Shown piece after piece: positions 1-9,592 of a DNA stretch of 64,000 bases. The stretch comes from a bacterium (GTDB taxonomy: Bacteria; Hinthialibacterota; Hinthialibacteria; Hinthialibacterales; Hinthialibacteraceae). The stretch is from assembly GCA_963662285.2 (NCBI GenBank), contig CAXXMV010000006.1:1344001-1408000 (forward strand), written 5' to 3'. The stretch's first letter is position 1; each line of letters starts with the position of its first letter. The translations under genes were made by a program, and so were the position numbers. Below the pieces are notes generated by a model. The model made no database searches, was not told the DNA's origin, and was given only the letters and a program-made list of their open reading frames with translations.

Positions 1-572
1 TGGATCAGCCGTTATCAAAGGATGAAACTATCGCTCTATATCCCATTAGTTCCATGCATCAAGCAAGCGAGCGGTTTGTGTTGGATCAGATGTCCTATGG
101 CGGCAATGGTCCTGATGCCAATGATCCCGGAGTTCAGGCCGCCGTCTGGCTGCCCAATCGATCCGTGAAAATCACGCAGGATTATCCTGTTACATTACAA
201 CTAAACAACTTCGCCGATAACGATGATATGGATTTGGATTGGAATGTCATCCCGCAAGTGATTGATGGACCCAAGATAACAGCATTCACCATAAATAACG
301 GCGTCGAACAAACCAAAAAAACAGAAGTGCAATTACAACTTTCAGCAACCAGTTCAAATTCATCATGGAAAATGAGAATCTCCAACACTCCAGTAATGGG
401 TGAATGGTTAGAATTCTCCAAAAACATTCAATGGACTCTACTACCTGATGATGGCCCCAAGACGGTATATCTTCAGATACTAAACGACCAAGGCGAAAGG
501 TCATCTATAGTTCAAGCAACTATAAACCTGGATTCATCAACCCTGATTAAGGATTGGAAACAGTTTGAGTGA
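1..572 (+). CDS. 3' part of a probably secreted protein with a C-terminal Ig-like module and W-x-x-F tag (5' truncated by window)
   Basis: Frame is open from position 3 (DQPLSKDETIALYPISSM...). Contains an 'FTINNG...T..TEVQLQL...MRISN...W..F...WTL...DGPKTVYLQ' Ig-like module and ends STLIKDWKQFE*. Confidence 0.7.
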   Translation, partial: DQPLSKDETIALYPISSMHQASERFVLDQMSYGGNGPDANDPGVQAAVWLPNRSVKITQDYPVTLQLNNFADNDDMDLDWNVIPQVIDGPKITAFTINNGVEQTKKTEVQLQLSATSSNSSWKMRISNTPVMGEWLEFSKNIQWTLLPDDGPKTVYLQILNDQGERSSIVQATINLDSSTLIKDWKQFE

Positions 573-690
573 TAATGTCAGGGGGGAATTGTATGATGGG
601 TCATGCCTTACCGACCCATCTTGATTCTAACCTTATACTAAGTGGTTTGATCAAGGGCTGACCGCATTGCGGTCTCGCCCTTGCCACCCA

Positions 691-1485
691 TCACCGATCA
701 TAATCACCCAATTCTTCTCGCAAAATCTGGTAGAACTCATCTTTGGCATGACGTTCGATCCAGGGTTGGTGGCCGCATTTATTGAGTAGGATGAATCTGA
801 AATCTTTGAGGATTGGCGTCAATGGTTTTTGCACTCCATCAGCGGGATGCGAATCATGGTCGCCGTGAATCGCAACTACCGGACATTTGATGTACTTGCC
901 CATCTCCAAAAATTTTCCCTGTTCCCGGAGATTCCGCGCTTCATTCCATACGCTGACGTGGAGATCAAACTGACAATGCAATACTTCTAAATCCAAGGTT
1001 AGAGGATCGTATGAGTCGGCTTTAGCGCATAGTTCGCCTAAAAGGGCCAGCATCCGGTTTTGTTCTTGAGCAGAAGAATTTTCCAAACAAGTCATAATCG
1101 ATTCTACTTCATATAATTCCTCTTGGTTGAGCCGCTCGAAACGGGTTTTCATGATGTCAGCGGCGTAATGTTCTTCAAAGCAACCACTGCTGACCAGGAT
1201 TAGTTTTTTGGTCAATTCAGGATAACGGGCGGCGAACAGAAAACTGAGCATAGCCCCCCATGAATGGCCAATCAGGGTGACGGGAGCATCAGCCCGATGC
1301 TGCAAGACATCATGCAACTCTTGAATCTGTCCATCTACGGAGAAAGCGGTTTGCAGAGGTTCCAGGATTCCCCATTGGTCTGCAAGTTCCCGCGCCACTG
1401 GCGCTATACTTCCCGGTGCTCCCGGACCGCCGTGAATTACTGCAATGCTAAACGGTTCTTTTCCGTATGTCCGTAGGTTTTTCAT
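691..1485 (-). CDS. alpha/beta hydrolase (proline iminopeptidase-like fold)
   Basis: HGGPG oxyanion motif, GHSWG nucleophile elbow, HGDHD and a C-terminal catalytic His (CGHQPW). Start set at the ATG of MKNLRTYG, just after the upstream stop. Confidence 0.85.
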   Translation of the reverse strand: MKNLRTYGKEPFSIAVIHGGPGAPGSIAPVARELADQWGILEPLQTAFSVDGQIQELHDVLQHRADAPVTLIGHSWGAMLSFLFAARYPELTKKLILVSSGCFEEHYAADIMKTRFERLNQEELYEVESIMTCLENSSAQEQNRMLALLGELCAKADSYDPLTLDLEVLHCQFDLHVSVWNEARNLREQGKFLEMGKYIKCPVVAIHGDHDSHPADGVQKPLTPILKDFRFILLNKCGHQPWIERHAKDEFYQILREELGDYDR

Positions 1486-1492
1486 ATTGACA

Positions 1493-1918
1493 TTATACTT
1501 CTTTTTCTTCCTCTTCATGCTCGCGCTCAATTATTTGGCGGATGGGTTCATTGTCGGCGAAAACGCGCCATTCGACCACTTTATCGTTGCGAACGATGCC
1601 ATACCACGCCGCTGGAATATCCCACCGGTTTTCCAGTTTGAGTGGACCTCCGGAAGAATAGGTTCCTCCAGCCCGACCCACGGCGGCGACCGATTCTCCA
1701 TCACAATACATCTTCTCAACCTTGATCCAATAATCGGGAACCATCGAATAATAACCCTTCCAACCCTCGCGCATCTTCTCTTTGCCCTGTTTGCGGGTAT
1801 CCATGGCATCGATAAAGATATGGTCGTCGCTCATCAGGTCGCATAGACCATCCACATCTCTCTGGTTGATCTTATCTACAAAAGCATTGATTACATCGAC
1901 CGTATTCATATTTCTCAT
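1493..1918 (-). CDS. NTF2/SnoaL-like protein
   Basis: Pattern 'VINAFVDKINQRDVDGLCDLMSDDHIF...GKE...W...VRNDKVVEWRVFAD'. Confidence 0.8.
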   Translation of the reverse strand: MRNMNTVDVINAFVDKINQRDVDGLCDLMSDDHIFIDAMDTRKQGKEKMREGWKGYYSMVPDYWIKVEKMYCDGESVAAVGRAGGTYSSGGPLKLENRWDIPAAWYGIVRNDKVVEWRVFADNEPIRQIIEREHEEEEKEV

Positions 1919-2100
1919 TCTCCCGGTTTGGTTTAAATCATGATTTGCAGCACTGCATGAATTGAGCAGTGCAGATTACAATATTCAGGTAAACTCGTAC
2001 GTCTTTTCCATATCACTCAAGCCGCTAAGATGTATTACGTTTCAAATCGACATTACTCATCATTTAAAAATATATCATTAAAAAGAAGGAATTCTCAAGT

Positions 2101-3195
2101 ATGTTTTGGAAAAAAAAGCCGGAAACCAAGAAATTAGATGAGTATAAACAACCCATCGAAGGAGCGCAACAGGAAGAGGCGCCCAGGAAAGGCTTGTTTG
2201 CTAAACTACGCGACCGACTTAAAGCGACCAGTGAATCAATTGCCCAGAAAGCGATCAATCTCTTTAATTTATACGGCAAGATCGATGATGATCTTCTCGA
2301 TGAACTGGAAGAAATACTGATTTCAGCCGATGTGGGAATCAAAACCACCACTGCTTTAATTGAAGAACTGCGTCTGCGAATCCGCCGCGAAAAAAAAGCC
2401 AATTCAGAGGATGCCAAATGGCTGACCGATACGCTGCGTTCTCTAATGAGAGAAATGCTAGACCAGGGCGACATGTCATTGATCCAAGCGTCTGAGGGAC
2501 CAAGCATCTACCTGATTATCGGCGTTAACGGCGTCGGTAAAACAACCGCTATCGGAAAACTGGCCAGCCGGTTGAAGAGTGAAGGGAAGAGCGTCTTGCT
2601 GGTGGCGGCGGATACCTTCCGCGCTGCGGCTATTCAACAGTTGGAAATCTGGGCTAACCGGGCTGATGTTCCTATTGTGATGGGTGAAGAACGGGCTGAT
2701 CCATCCTCGGTCGTTTTTAATGCTATGACTGAAGCCAAACAAAGCAAACCTGATGTGGTTATTATCGATACCGCCGGGCGCTTGCATACCAAATCCAACC
2801 TGATGCAGGAACTATCCAAGATGAGCCGGGTGATCAGCCGCGAATTTGAAAATGCGCCTCATGAACTGCTTCTTGTGCTGGACGCCTCGACCGGACAAAA
2901 CGCCCTGGTTCAGGCACGGCAATTTCTACAATCCTGTGGAGTGACAGGTCTGATCCTGACTAAACTGGATGGCACCGCACGGGGCGGGGTGGTCTTTTCG
3001 GTTCATCAGGAACTGAGTTTGCCGGTTAAATTCATCGGAGTCGGCGAAGGCATTGATGATCTGGAACCTTTCAATCCCGATGCTTTCACCAAAGCGTTGT
3101 TCCCGGTTGAAGAAGATGAAGAAGAGGGAGTTGAAGAAGGCATTGATGAAGATGCTGAGGTAGAAGGCGCAGAAGAAGCAGGGAATTTTTCTTAG
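2101..3195 (+). CDS. ftsY: signal recognition particle receptor FtsY
   Basis: GVNGVGKTT, DTFRAAA, DTAGR, TKLDGTARGG and GVGEGIDDL SRP-GTPase motifs. Confidence 0.97.
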   Translation: MFWKKKPETKKLDEYKQPIEGAQQEEAPRKGLFAKLRDRLKATSESIAQKAINLFNLYGKIDDDLLDELEEILISADVGIKTTTALIEELRLRIRREKKANSEDAKWLTDTLRSLMREMLDQGDMSLIQASEGPSIYLIIGVNGVGKTTAIGKLASRLKSEGKSVLLVAADTFRAAAIQQLEIWANRADVPIVMGEERADPSSVVFNAMTEAKQSKPDVVIIDTAGRLHTKSNLMQELSKMSRVISREFENAPHELLLVLDASTGQNALVQARQFLQSCGVTGLILTKLDGTARGGVVFSVHQELSLPVKFIGVGEGIDDLEPFNPDAFTKALFPVEEDEEEGVEEGIDEDAEVEGAEEAGNFS

Positions 3196-3226
3196 TATTC
3201 ATTCATTATTCTAGTTATCAAATTAA

Positions 3227-3256
3227 AATGGGGGACGCTGATTTGCATCCCCCATT
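3227..3256. terminator. stem-loop between convergent ftsY and merR-like genes
   Basis: AATGGGGGA...TCCCCCATT inverted repeat. Confidence 0.6.
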
Positions 3257-3303
3257 GCTGTTTTAACGGCGAAGCGGGGTAAGAGTACTTAAGGTTGGTA
3301 AGA

Positions 3304-3756
3304 CTAGTCACTGAGCAGTTTGAGAATTTCTTGTAATTCCGTTTTGATGCTTGATAATTTGCAACCGTTTTGGTTTATATTATTATGGTTAGGTTCAGGT
3401 GCTATAGAATTACTCTCAATAACCTCAATTTCATAGTTATTTTTCTCTTGTTCGTTCTTACGTTCCTGGCGTAACGCTTGCAGGCCAGCGCGTAATTTCT
3501 TTTCGGCGCCGTCTAAAGTGTAGCCTTCGTTGTAAAGAAGGTTCACAATTTCGTAAAGCAACTCGATATCGTTCCGGGTATACTTTCGCTGGTTGCCGCC
3601 TACCCGTTTAGGATTCAGTTTGGTGAATTTAGTCTCCCAATAACGCAGCACATGAGGCTCGACTCCAGTGAACTCGCTGGCTTCACTGATCGAGTAATAG
3701 ATCTTTTTAGGGATCTCTTCAAGCGTCTTGGTATTTGGATGAATTCGATTCGTCAT
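3304..3756 (-). CDS. MerR-family HTH transcriptional regulator
   Basis: YYSISEASEFTGVEPHVLRYWE...PKR..GNQRKY...LLYNEGYTLDGA. Confidence 0.88.
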   Translation of the reverse strand: MTNRIHPNTKTLEEIPKKIYYSISEASEFTGVEPHVLRYWETKFTKLNPKRVGGNQRKYTRNDIELLYEIVNLLYNEGYTLDGAEKKLRAGLQALRQERKNEQEKNNYEIEVIESNSIAPEPNHNNINQNGCKLSSIKTELQEILKLLSD

Positions 3757-4156
3757 GTTTATAACTTGCTGAATGCTAAAGTGATATCCCGCCTTACATA
3801 AAGATTACGTTTAGTTTACTACCGTTTACATCCATAATTCAACGGGAGTTAGTAGATTTGCAATAACTTTTTCATGAATGCTGATCCTGTTTTATTTAGT
3901 AGAATTAAGCAATATCGTAATTATTTGTTGAAAAATGGAGGTTTTGTTATGCAAATTGCATTATTTATGGTGATCTTATGATGTGGTATATACCTGTAAA
4001 CGTTGGGTTTATCTTTTTTAGTTTAATGCGATGGATAAGATGTGTGAGACTTTGCTATAAACAGGAATATACTCTGTAATTTCATCTTGATTCTATATTA
4101 AACAATTTCTCCTAAGTCGAATAAAAAGAGAATTTTTAATACGGATTCACTGTTTG

Positions 4157-6955
4157 CTATTTTACATCAATGTTTGCAGGTCTTGGAAATACTGTATCAG
4201 GAATCCTGACAGCATACGCTTCTTCTTCAAACAACTTTGCCATATCGCGGGATAAAAGAATTATTTTTCTATCAATGACTTTATCAAGCATGTTCATAAA
4301 AACAAATTCATAGTTACCATCCCGGCGGATTGGAATCCCAAAGTATGCGGGATATTTCTTATCGTGATTTGAGTTGGCAGAGTATGAATAATTATACTGT
4401 GGATCAAGCAACCGGCAGAAGACGCGGAATTGTTCTTCTAATGGCTGCCCATCAGGATATTTGCATTGACCAATTGCAAAGAAAAATTCTTGATAGGTTT
4501 CTTCTTCAAGTGGGATGTTCAAATATACGGTTCGGGAGCAGTTTTGGTCAATTTTTAGCGGTGCTGTTCCAAAAAAATGAGACGAAGCTGTTTTATCTTT
4601 GGGGGCGCCATCCAGGAAAATAGTATAGTCTCCCTTAGCGTTTATTATAATTGGATTATTCATCAGCTCGGATGAATTCTTATACATTTTCATGGTAGGA
4701 CGTGATTTGTAGTTTGAGTTGGATTGAATAAATGCAAGTATGCGTTGTTCTTCCTCTTGCAAATGTTGAACGTTTGAGAAATCCAAAGAGAGATATACTG
4801 ATGTAGGCTCATTGTCTAATCTTATGACTATATCCTGAGTCCCGACATGAACTGCATATATCTCTTTAGTGAGATAAGGGCTTTTTGTCATCATGGCTTT
4901 AAGTTCATGAAAACCGCCTGCTTCCAAACCAGTTATTCGAAATCTACCATCATTGTCGGTTGTATCTGATCGGGTGCTCAAACTAGTACCTTCAGGAGTG
5001 ATTTTTCTAATATTGCAGCTGATATGAACATCCTTCATCGGTACGCCATTCTGATCGACCACGATGCCTGCTATTTGCTGATCGTCATTATCATCTTCTC
5101 TAACGAGGATAAAATCCTCTTTTATCTTCCTGGCGCCTTTTTCGGGACGAATATGCCGGTATATTTTTACATAATCCGGGGCGTTGGCTTCTAAACTGGC
5201 CCAATCGGAAGGCGCATTATTCAGCGTGTATGCTCCAGATGAATCCAGAGGGACTTCTTTGATTCTATTGGCTTTATCCAAATATAGATTCCAATAGACC
5301 AGAGTGGCTGACGGGATGACGGCGCCCGCCTTATCGGTGACTTTGCCATATATGACTAATCCCGTTTTTAGGATTACATCTATGTTTTTATAATCTTTTC
5401 CGGGTTCGATTAAGAATTCCTGGCTTTCTCCGTAACCAAGATCAGGGTGAAATGCGGTGGCTTTAGTTTTCCAGGGATGTCCATCTTCACTCATATACCG
5501 CAATATTACGCGATATGATCCGTCTTCTCTAGTAAGTAATTTTTTCTGACCCCAATCGCACATTACTCCAGCGCTTGCGACTGGTTTCTTATCTGAATCG
5601 TAGACATGGCCGCTCATGGCGCCCTTGGTGAAAACATATAGTTTTACATTGTCCACATCTCTCTCATCGATTCTAATATTCTCCCGGTAATTTGCCGGCA
5701 GTCCATAAAGCGAATCGTCATTTTCGCTGGTATAGGCGTCTCCAACCTGGTAGTTGCCCCGGTGAATGTTTTTGAATATGAATCCTCCGTATTTATCGGT
5801 GGTTGTGGAGGCAATTGTGTCGCGGAAATATGATTCATTGACGATTAAATCAACCGTGAAGTCAGGAATCGGTTCTTCGGAATCTTTTTCCAGCACCCAG
5901 CCGGATATGACATACCCTTTATGATTGAGCGCTAAGGTGCACTGTTGAGCATCAAATTTCAGGTCGATCATGGTTTCTGATTTATCTGTGTTCTCATAGT
6001 CTTTGGCCTCCGCTGCAATCTGATATCGACCAAGTGGTAGTTCGTCGAACCGGCATCGACCGTCTTGCGCGGTATCTGTATTGAGGCTCAGGATGCCTTC
6101 GCCTCCGATACGCTTTAATTGAACTTTAGCCATAAAAACAGGATTGCCGTTTTGGTCTATAACATTGGTGGTAATCTGTGAATTAGTTCTGAGGATTATG
6201 GTACGCTGTGCGTCATTCGCAACCACATTTGAATTCAGGTGGGGGCTATAGCCTTCAGCTAATGCTTCCAGACGGTATGCTCCCGGCCAAATCCTTTGGA
6301 AACTGAATGATCCGCTGGCATCAGTAATTGATGAATAATGCAGTGCGGCGTTGGTCGTTTCAGTAGGTTTAACTCTTATTTGGTTCTCATCGTGGATGGC
6401 GTATAAGGCAATATGGGCACCAGCGATTGCTTGGGAATCTTCATTAACCACGGTTCCTGATATGAAGCGGCTGCGGGCCAGGTGGATTATCAGTGGATAG
6501 GCATTGTCTATTTCAATATCGATCTGACGGGTTGCTGCTGCAATGGCGATGGGTGATGATGCGTATGCAATATATTGACCAGTTGGCAGTTCAAAATGAA
6601 AGCGCCCAAATTCATCGGGCGTCCGGGGTTGAATATGTAAATCATTATATTGCAGTGGTTTAATGGAAATATGCGCCTTGGGAAACGTCATCTCGTTCTC
6701 GTCAAGAATCGCTCCTTCCAATGATAAAAGTGTATTACTTTTATTTGTTGGCGCGTTTAAGGTCGTTGACTTTTCATCTGGAGAGTCATGGTTAGCGCTT
6801 GGTTTATCGTGAATCGGGATGGAATGCGCCGCTACTGGAGGTAATTGTGGATTTTGAATGGACTGGTAAATGAGATAACTCAGCGTCCCGAATACAGCGA
6901 CAACCAGAACCAAAGCGCAAAGCAACAGGCCTGATGATGAATGTTTCCGTCTCAT
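4157..6955 (-). CDS. membrane-anchored protein with multiple carboxypeptidase-regulatory-like (transthyretin-like Ig) repeats
   Basis: N-terminal TM helix, then repeated 'ISGxVvD..G.PI.gA.V....TD..G.F.f..l..G.Y.l.a' units. Confidence 0.8.
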   Translation of the reverse strand: MRRKHSSSGLLLCALVLVVAVFGTLSYLIYQSIQNPQLPPVAAHSIPIHDKPSANHDSPDEKSTTLNAPTNKSNTLLSLEGAILDENEMTFPKAHISIKPLQYNDLHIQPRTPDEFGRFHFELPTGQYIAYASSPIAIAAATRQIDIEIDNAYPLIIHLARSRFISGTVVNEDSQAIAGAHIALYAIHDENQIRVKPTETTNAALHYSSITDASGSFSFQRIWPGAYRLEALAEGYSPHLNSNVVANDAQRTIILRTNSQITTNVIDQNGNPVFMAKVQLKRIGGEGILSLNTDTAQDGRCRFDELPLGRYQIAAEAKDYENTDKSETMIDLKFDAQQCTLALNHKGYVISGWVLEKDSEEPIPDFTVDLIVNESYFRDTIASTTTDKYGGFIFKNIHRGNYQVGDAYTSENDDSLYGLPANYRENIRIDERDVDNVKLYVFTKGAMSGHVYDSDKKPVASAGVMCDWGQKKLLTREDGSYRVILRYMSEDGHPWKTKATAFHPDLGYGESQEFLIEPGKDYKNIDVILKTGLVIYGKVTDKAGAVIPSATLVYWNLYLDKANRIKEVPLDSSGAYTLNNAPSDWASLEANAPDYVKIYRHIRPEKGARKIKEDFILVREDDNDDQQIAGIVVDQNGVPMKDVHISCNIRKITPEGTSLSTRSDTTDNDGRFRITGLEAGGFHELKAMMTKSPYLTKEIYAVHVGTQDIVIRLDNEPTSVYLSLDFSNVQHLQEEEQRILAFIQSNSNYKSRPTMKMYKNSSELMNNPIIINAKGDYTIFLDGAPKDKTASSHFFGTAPLKIDQNCSRTVYLNIPLEEETYQEFFFAIGQCKYPDGQPLEEQFRVFCRLLDPQYNYSYSANSNHDKKYPAYFGIPIRRDGNYEFVFMNMLDKVIDRKIILLSRDMAKLFEEEAYAVRIPDTVFPRPANIDVK

Positions 6956-7168
6956 GATTAATCTCTCCCGAAGAAATTATGATCAATCTCCATACCTCTG
7001 TACTAGTATAATAGTACAGTATGCGCCTGGTTGTCTACTCTGAATAAAGAGATTCTAAAAAAAGTTTGGATATTATCGTGACTATCAAAGTTATTGCGAG
7101 AATAACTCAAGGCATCTGTTTGGGATTATGCGGGAGCGGATTATTAGGTTTTTTTATTTCATGAAACA

Positions 7169-9487
7169 TCACGGATTTTCATCTGTTTTATTCTTCGAGG
7201 CCATTAACCGTTCGTATTCCTTGGGATGATGGTGTTGCAATTCTTCTTCAGTCATTTTTCCGGTCAACCATGTCATGCTCATGGGGTATTGATCCGGGTG
7301 GAACATGACGAAGAATAAATGCCAAACCACGATGGCCAAGGTAGCCAGAACCGCTTCGTAATAATGAATCAACTCCGCAATGTCAATCGCCCATTTGGGT
7401 AAATAATGGAATGAAGTAATCGGGAACCATAGAATGAGTCCGGTAACCACCATGATAATGACGCCCCAAACCAAGGCCCAGAACTCCATCTTTTCCATAT
7501 AATCATAACGGTCGAATTTAGGCGGTTCGGAGCGTTTGCCCAAGTGAAATAGTATGAAATTCCAGGCATGGGAAAGTTCCTCCCATTTTGGCAAAAAGGC
7601 CATGAATTCCGAGCGGCCGCGTTTGGCGGCGACCATATATATGGCATACAAAATGGAAGTTCCCGTTAGTACGATACCGGATATCCGGTGAATCAACCCG
7701 CGCAACGGTTCCGTAAAATATACGTAAGAAAGCAGAGTCACCCACCAGGATTTAGGACTGGTTAAAGCAAAACCGCTTATCGCCAGCATAATAAATGAAA
7801 CGGTTAATAGAATATGCAGCAATACTTCAAATCGAGTGAATCTGGTATAGGAAAGCAGCTTCTTTTCCCGGTGAAATTTCTCTTTTATCTTACCCCAGAA
7901 GATAATGCCATTATGGAGAAGCATTCCACCGATGACCACCACAATAAGAAACAGGTATATTCTAGGAACCCAGGCGGCGATGGCTTTGGAGCGCATTGTG
8001 ACATCCGAATGAATCGGCGCCGCCAGCACATTTTCACCGACTCCCGGATGGCATTTACCGCAAGTTTCAACCAGCCGTTCTTTGCTGACAGTCGAATTCG
8101 GGTTGGATGAATTCAAGATTAAGTGATATCCGTGACAACTGGCGCAATCGGCTACTTCACGGGATTTATGTTGTAAAGCAAGGCCATGATAACTGTCAAA
8201 ATAATTTGCGACTTTTGTGTCGCTTATTCCATATTTATCGTTTATAACAATGGAGGTATGGCAGCGGCCGCAGGTATTTTCGGAAAGATTCAACATCGAG
8301 ACCGGAGAGCGTTCATCCGTGTGGCGTAAAATAGAATGTTCACCATGGCAATCCGTACAGACTGGCGCATCCTTATGGCCTTGCATTGCGGACACGCCAT
8401 GCACGCTCTGCAAATATTGTTCTTTTTCCGTTTTATGACATTGACCACAGGTTTCGGGTACATGCATAAAATTGGATGGAGATGCAGGATCGCTTAACGC
8501 CAGCGTATCATGATAGCCATGGCAATTAATACAGGTTGGCGCGTCAGGGTTTCCCTTAACCACTTCTTCGGCATGGACGCTTCCCTTAAACAAGGTTTCC
8601 TGGGATGCCGAGGAAAGGCCGTACTTATCCATAATTGTTAAGTCAAAATGGCATTTACCGCATAAATAAGAAACCCGCTTATGACTTAATTTTGACGCCG
8701 TATCATCAGTGGATAAGATATTATGTTCACCGTGACAACTGGTGCATGTGGCTGCATCATCCAAACCTTTTTTAACCGTTTTCCCATGAACGCTTTTTTC
8801 ATAAATTTCCGAAATTTCCTGGTGGCATTTGGCGCAGGTTTTTTCTACCATGCTTGGATGCACCAAGGATTCAGGATTTTCAGAATGTAAAATTTTATGA
8901 TAACCATGGCAATCCACGCAACTGGCCGCTTTGGATTCCTCATTTAACAGGTTGGCTTTCCCATGAACGGTATTCGAATAAGTCTTTACTGCGCTATCAG
9001 GAATATTTGTTTCATTCTGCATATCATTATTATCATGACATTTCGAGCAAATTGTTAAATTGTTTTTATGGTTCGCTATACTATCAGGATCATCAGAAGA
9101 AAGGATGTTGTGAGCGTGCCCATGACAATCAGAGCAACCGGGCGCCTCTTCGCTATTTGAAGGATGAACCGAAACAGCAAGGTCTTCTATAACTTCATCA
9201 TGACACTCAGAGCAATCAACTTTTTCTAATTTCTCAGTGTGGGGAAACTCAGAAATATCGCTATGGCAATCGATGCAGGACAGGTCTTGATGAATGGTTG
9301 CGTTGAATTTTTCGATATCTACAAAAATACTGGTTTTTCGCCCGGCAATTTCAGCCGTCTGGTCTTGAACTCCATGACATTCCATACAACTTGCATTATC
9401 ACTAATTTCCTGGGAAAAAACGGTGAGGTGAATATTGGCGCAAATAATCAGCAAGACGGCATAATATTCCAATCTGCATTTACTCAT
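7169..9487 (-). CDS. multiheme cytochrome c (15 CxxCH) fused to a cytochrome b membrane domain (CbcL-like)
   Basis: Signal peptide and 15 CxxCH motifs counted. C-terminal TM region has His ligands (LLHILL, LIHRISG, LIHYYEA, VWHLFF) and 'RYDYMEKMEFWALVWG'. Confidence 0.9.
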   Translation of the reverse strand: MSKCRLEYYAVLLIICANIHLTVFSQEISDNASCMECHGVQDQTAEIAGRKTSIFVDIEKFNATIHQDLSCIDCHSDISEFPHTEKLEKVDCSECHDEVIEDLAVSVHPSNSEEAPGCSDCHGHAHNILSSDDPDSIANHKNNLTICSKCHDNNDMQNETNIPDSAVKTYSNTVHGKANLLNEESKAASCVDCHGYHKILHSENPESLVHPSMVEKTCAKCHQEISEIYEKSVHGKTVKKGLDDAATCTSCHGEHNILSTDDTASKLSHKRVSYLCGKCHFDLTIMDKYGLSSASQETLFKGSVHAEEVVKGNPDAPTCINCHGYHDTLALSDPASPSNFMHVPETCGQCHKTEKEQYLQSVHGVSAMQGHKDAPVCTDCHGEHSILRHTDERSPVSMLNLSENTCGRCHTSIVINDKYGISDTKVANYFDSYHGLALQHKSREVADCASCHGYHLILNSSNPNSTVSKERLVETCGKCHPGVGENVLAAPIHSDVTMRSKAIAAWVPRIYLFLIVVVIGGMLLHNGIIFWGKIKEKFHREKKLLSYTRFTRFEVLLHILLTVSFIMLAISGFALTSPKSWWVTLLSYVYFTEPLRGLIHRISGIVLTGTSILYAIYMVAAKRGRSEFMAFLPKWEELSHAWNFILFHLGKRSEPPKFDRYDYMEKMEFWALVWGVIIMVVTGLILWFPITSFHYLPKWAIDIAELIHYYEAVLATLAIVVWHLFFVMFHPDQYPMSMTWLTGKMTEEELQHHHPKEYERLMASKNKTDENP

Positions 9488-9592
9488 TTTTTTACTCCAA
9501 ATCTTTATAAAATCTCAATAAGATTAGAGCGAGGGGAAATAAAAAAACACAAGAAGTTCAACTTACTAATCTAATACTCAACACTGTCTATT

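Noticed and set aside
595-683. Two short hairpins between convergent genes as an ncRNA
   Set aside because: More simply terminator or REP-like stems. No conserved RNA motif recognised.
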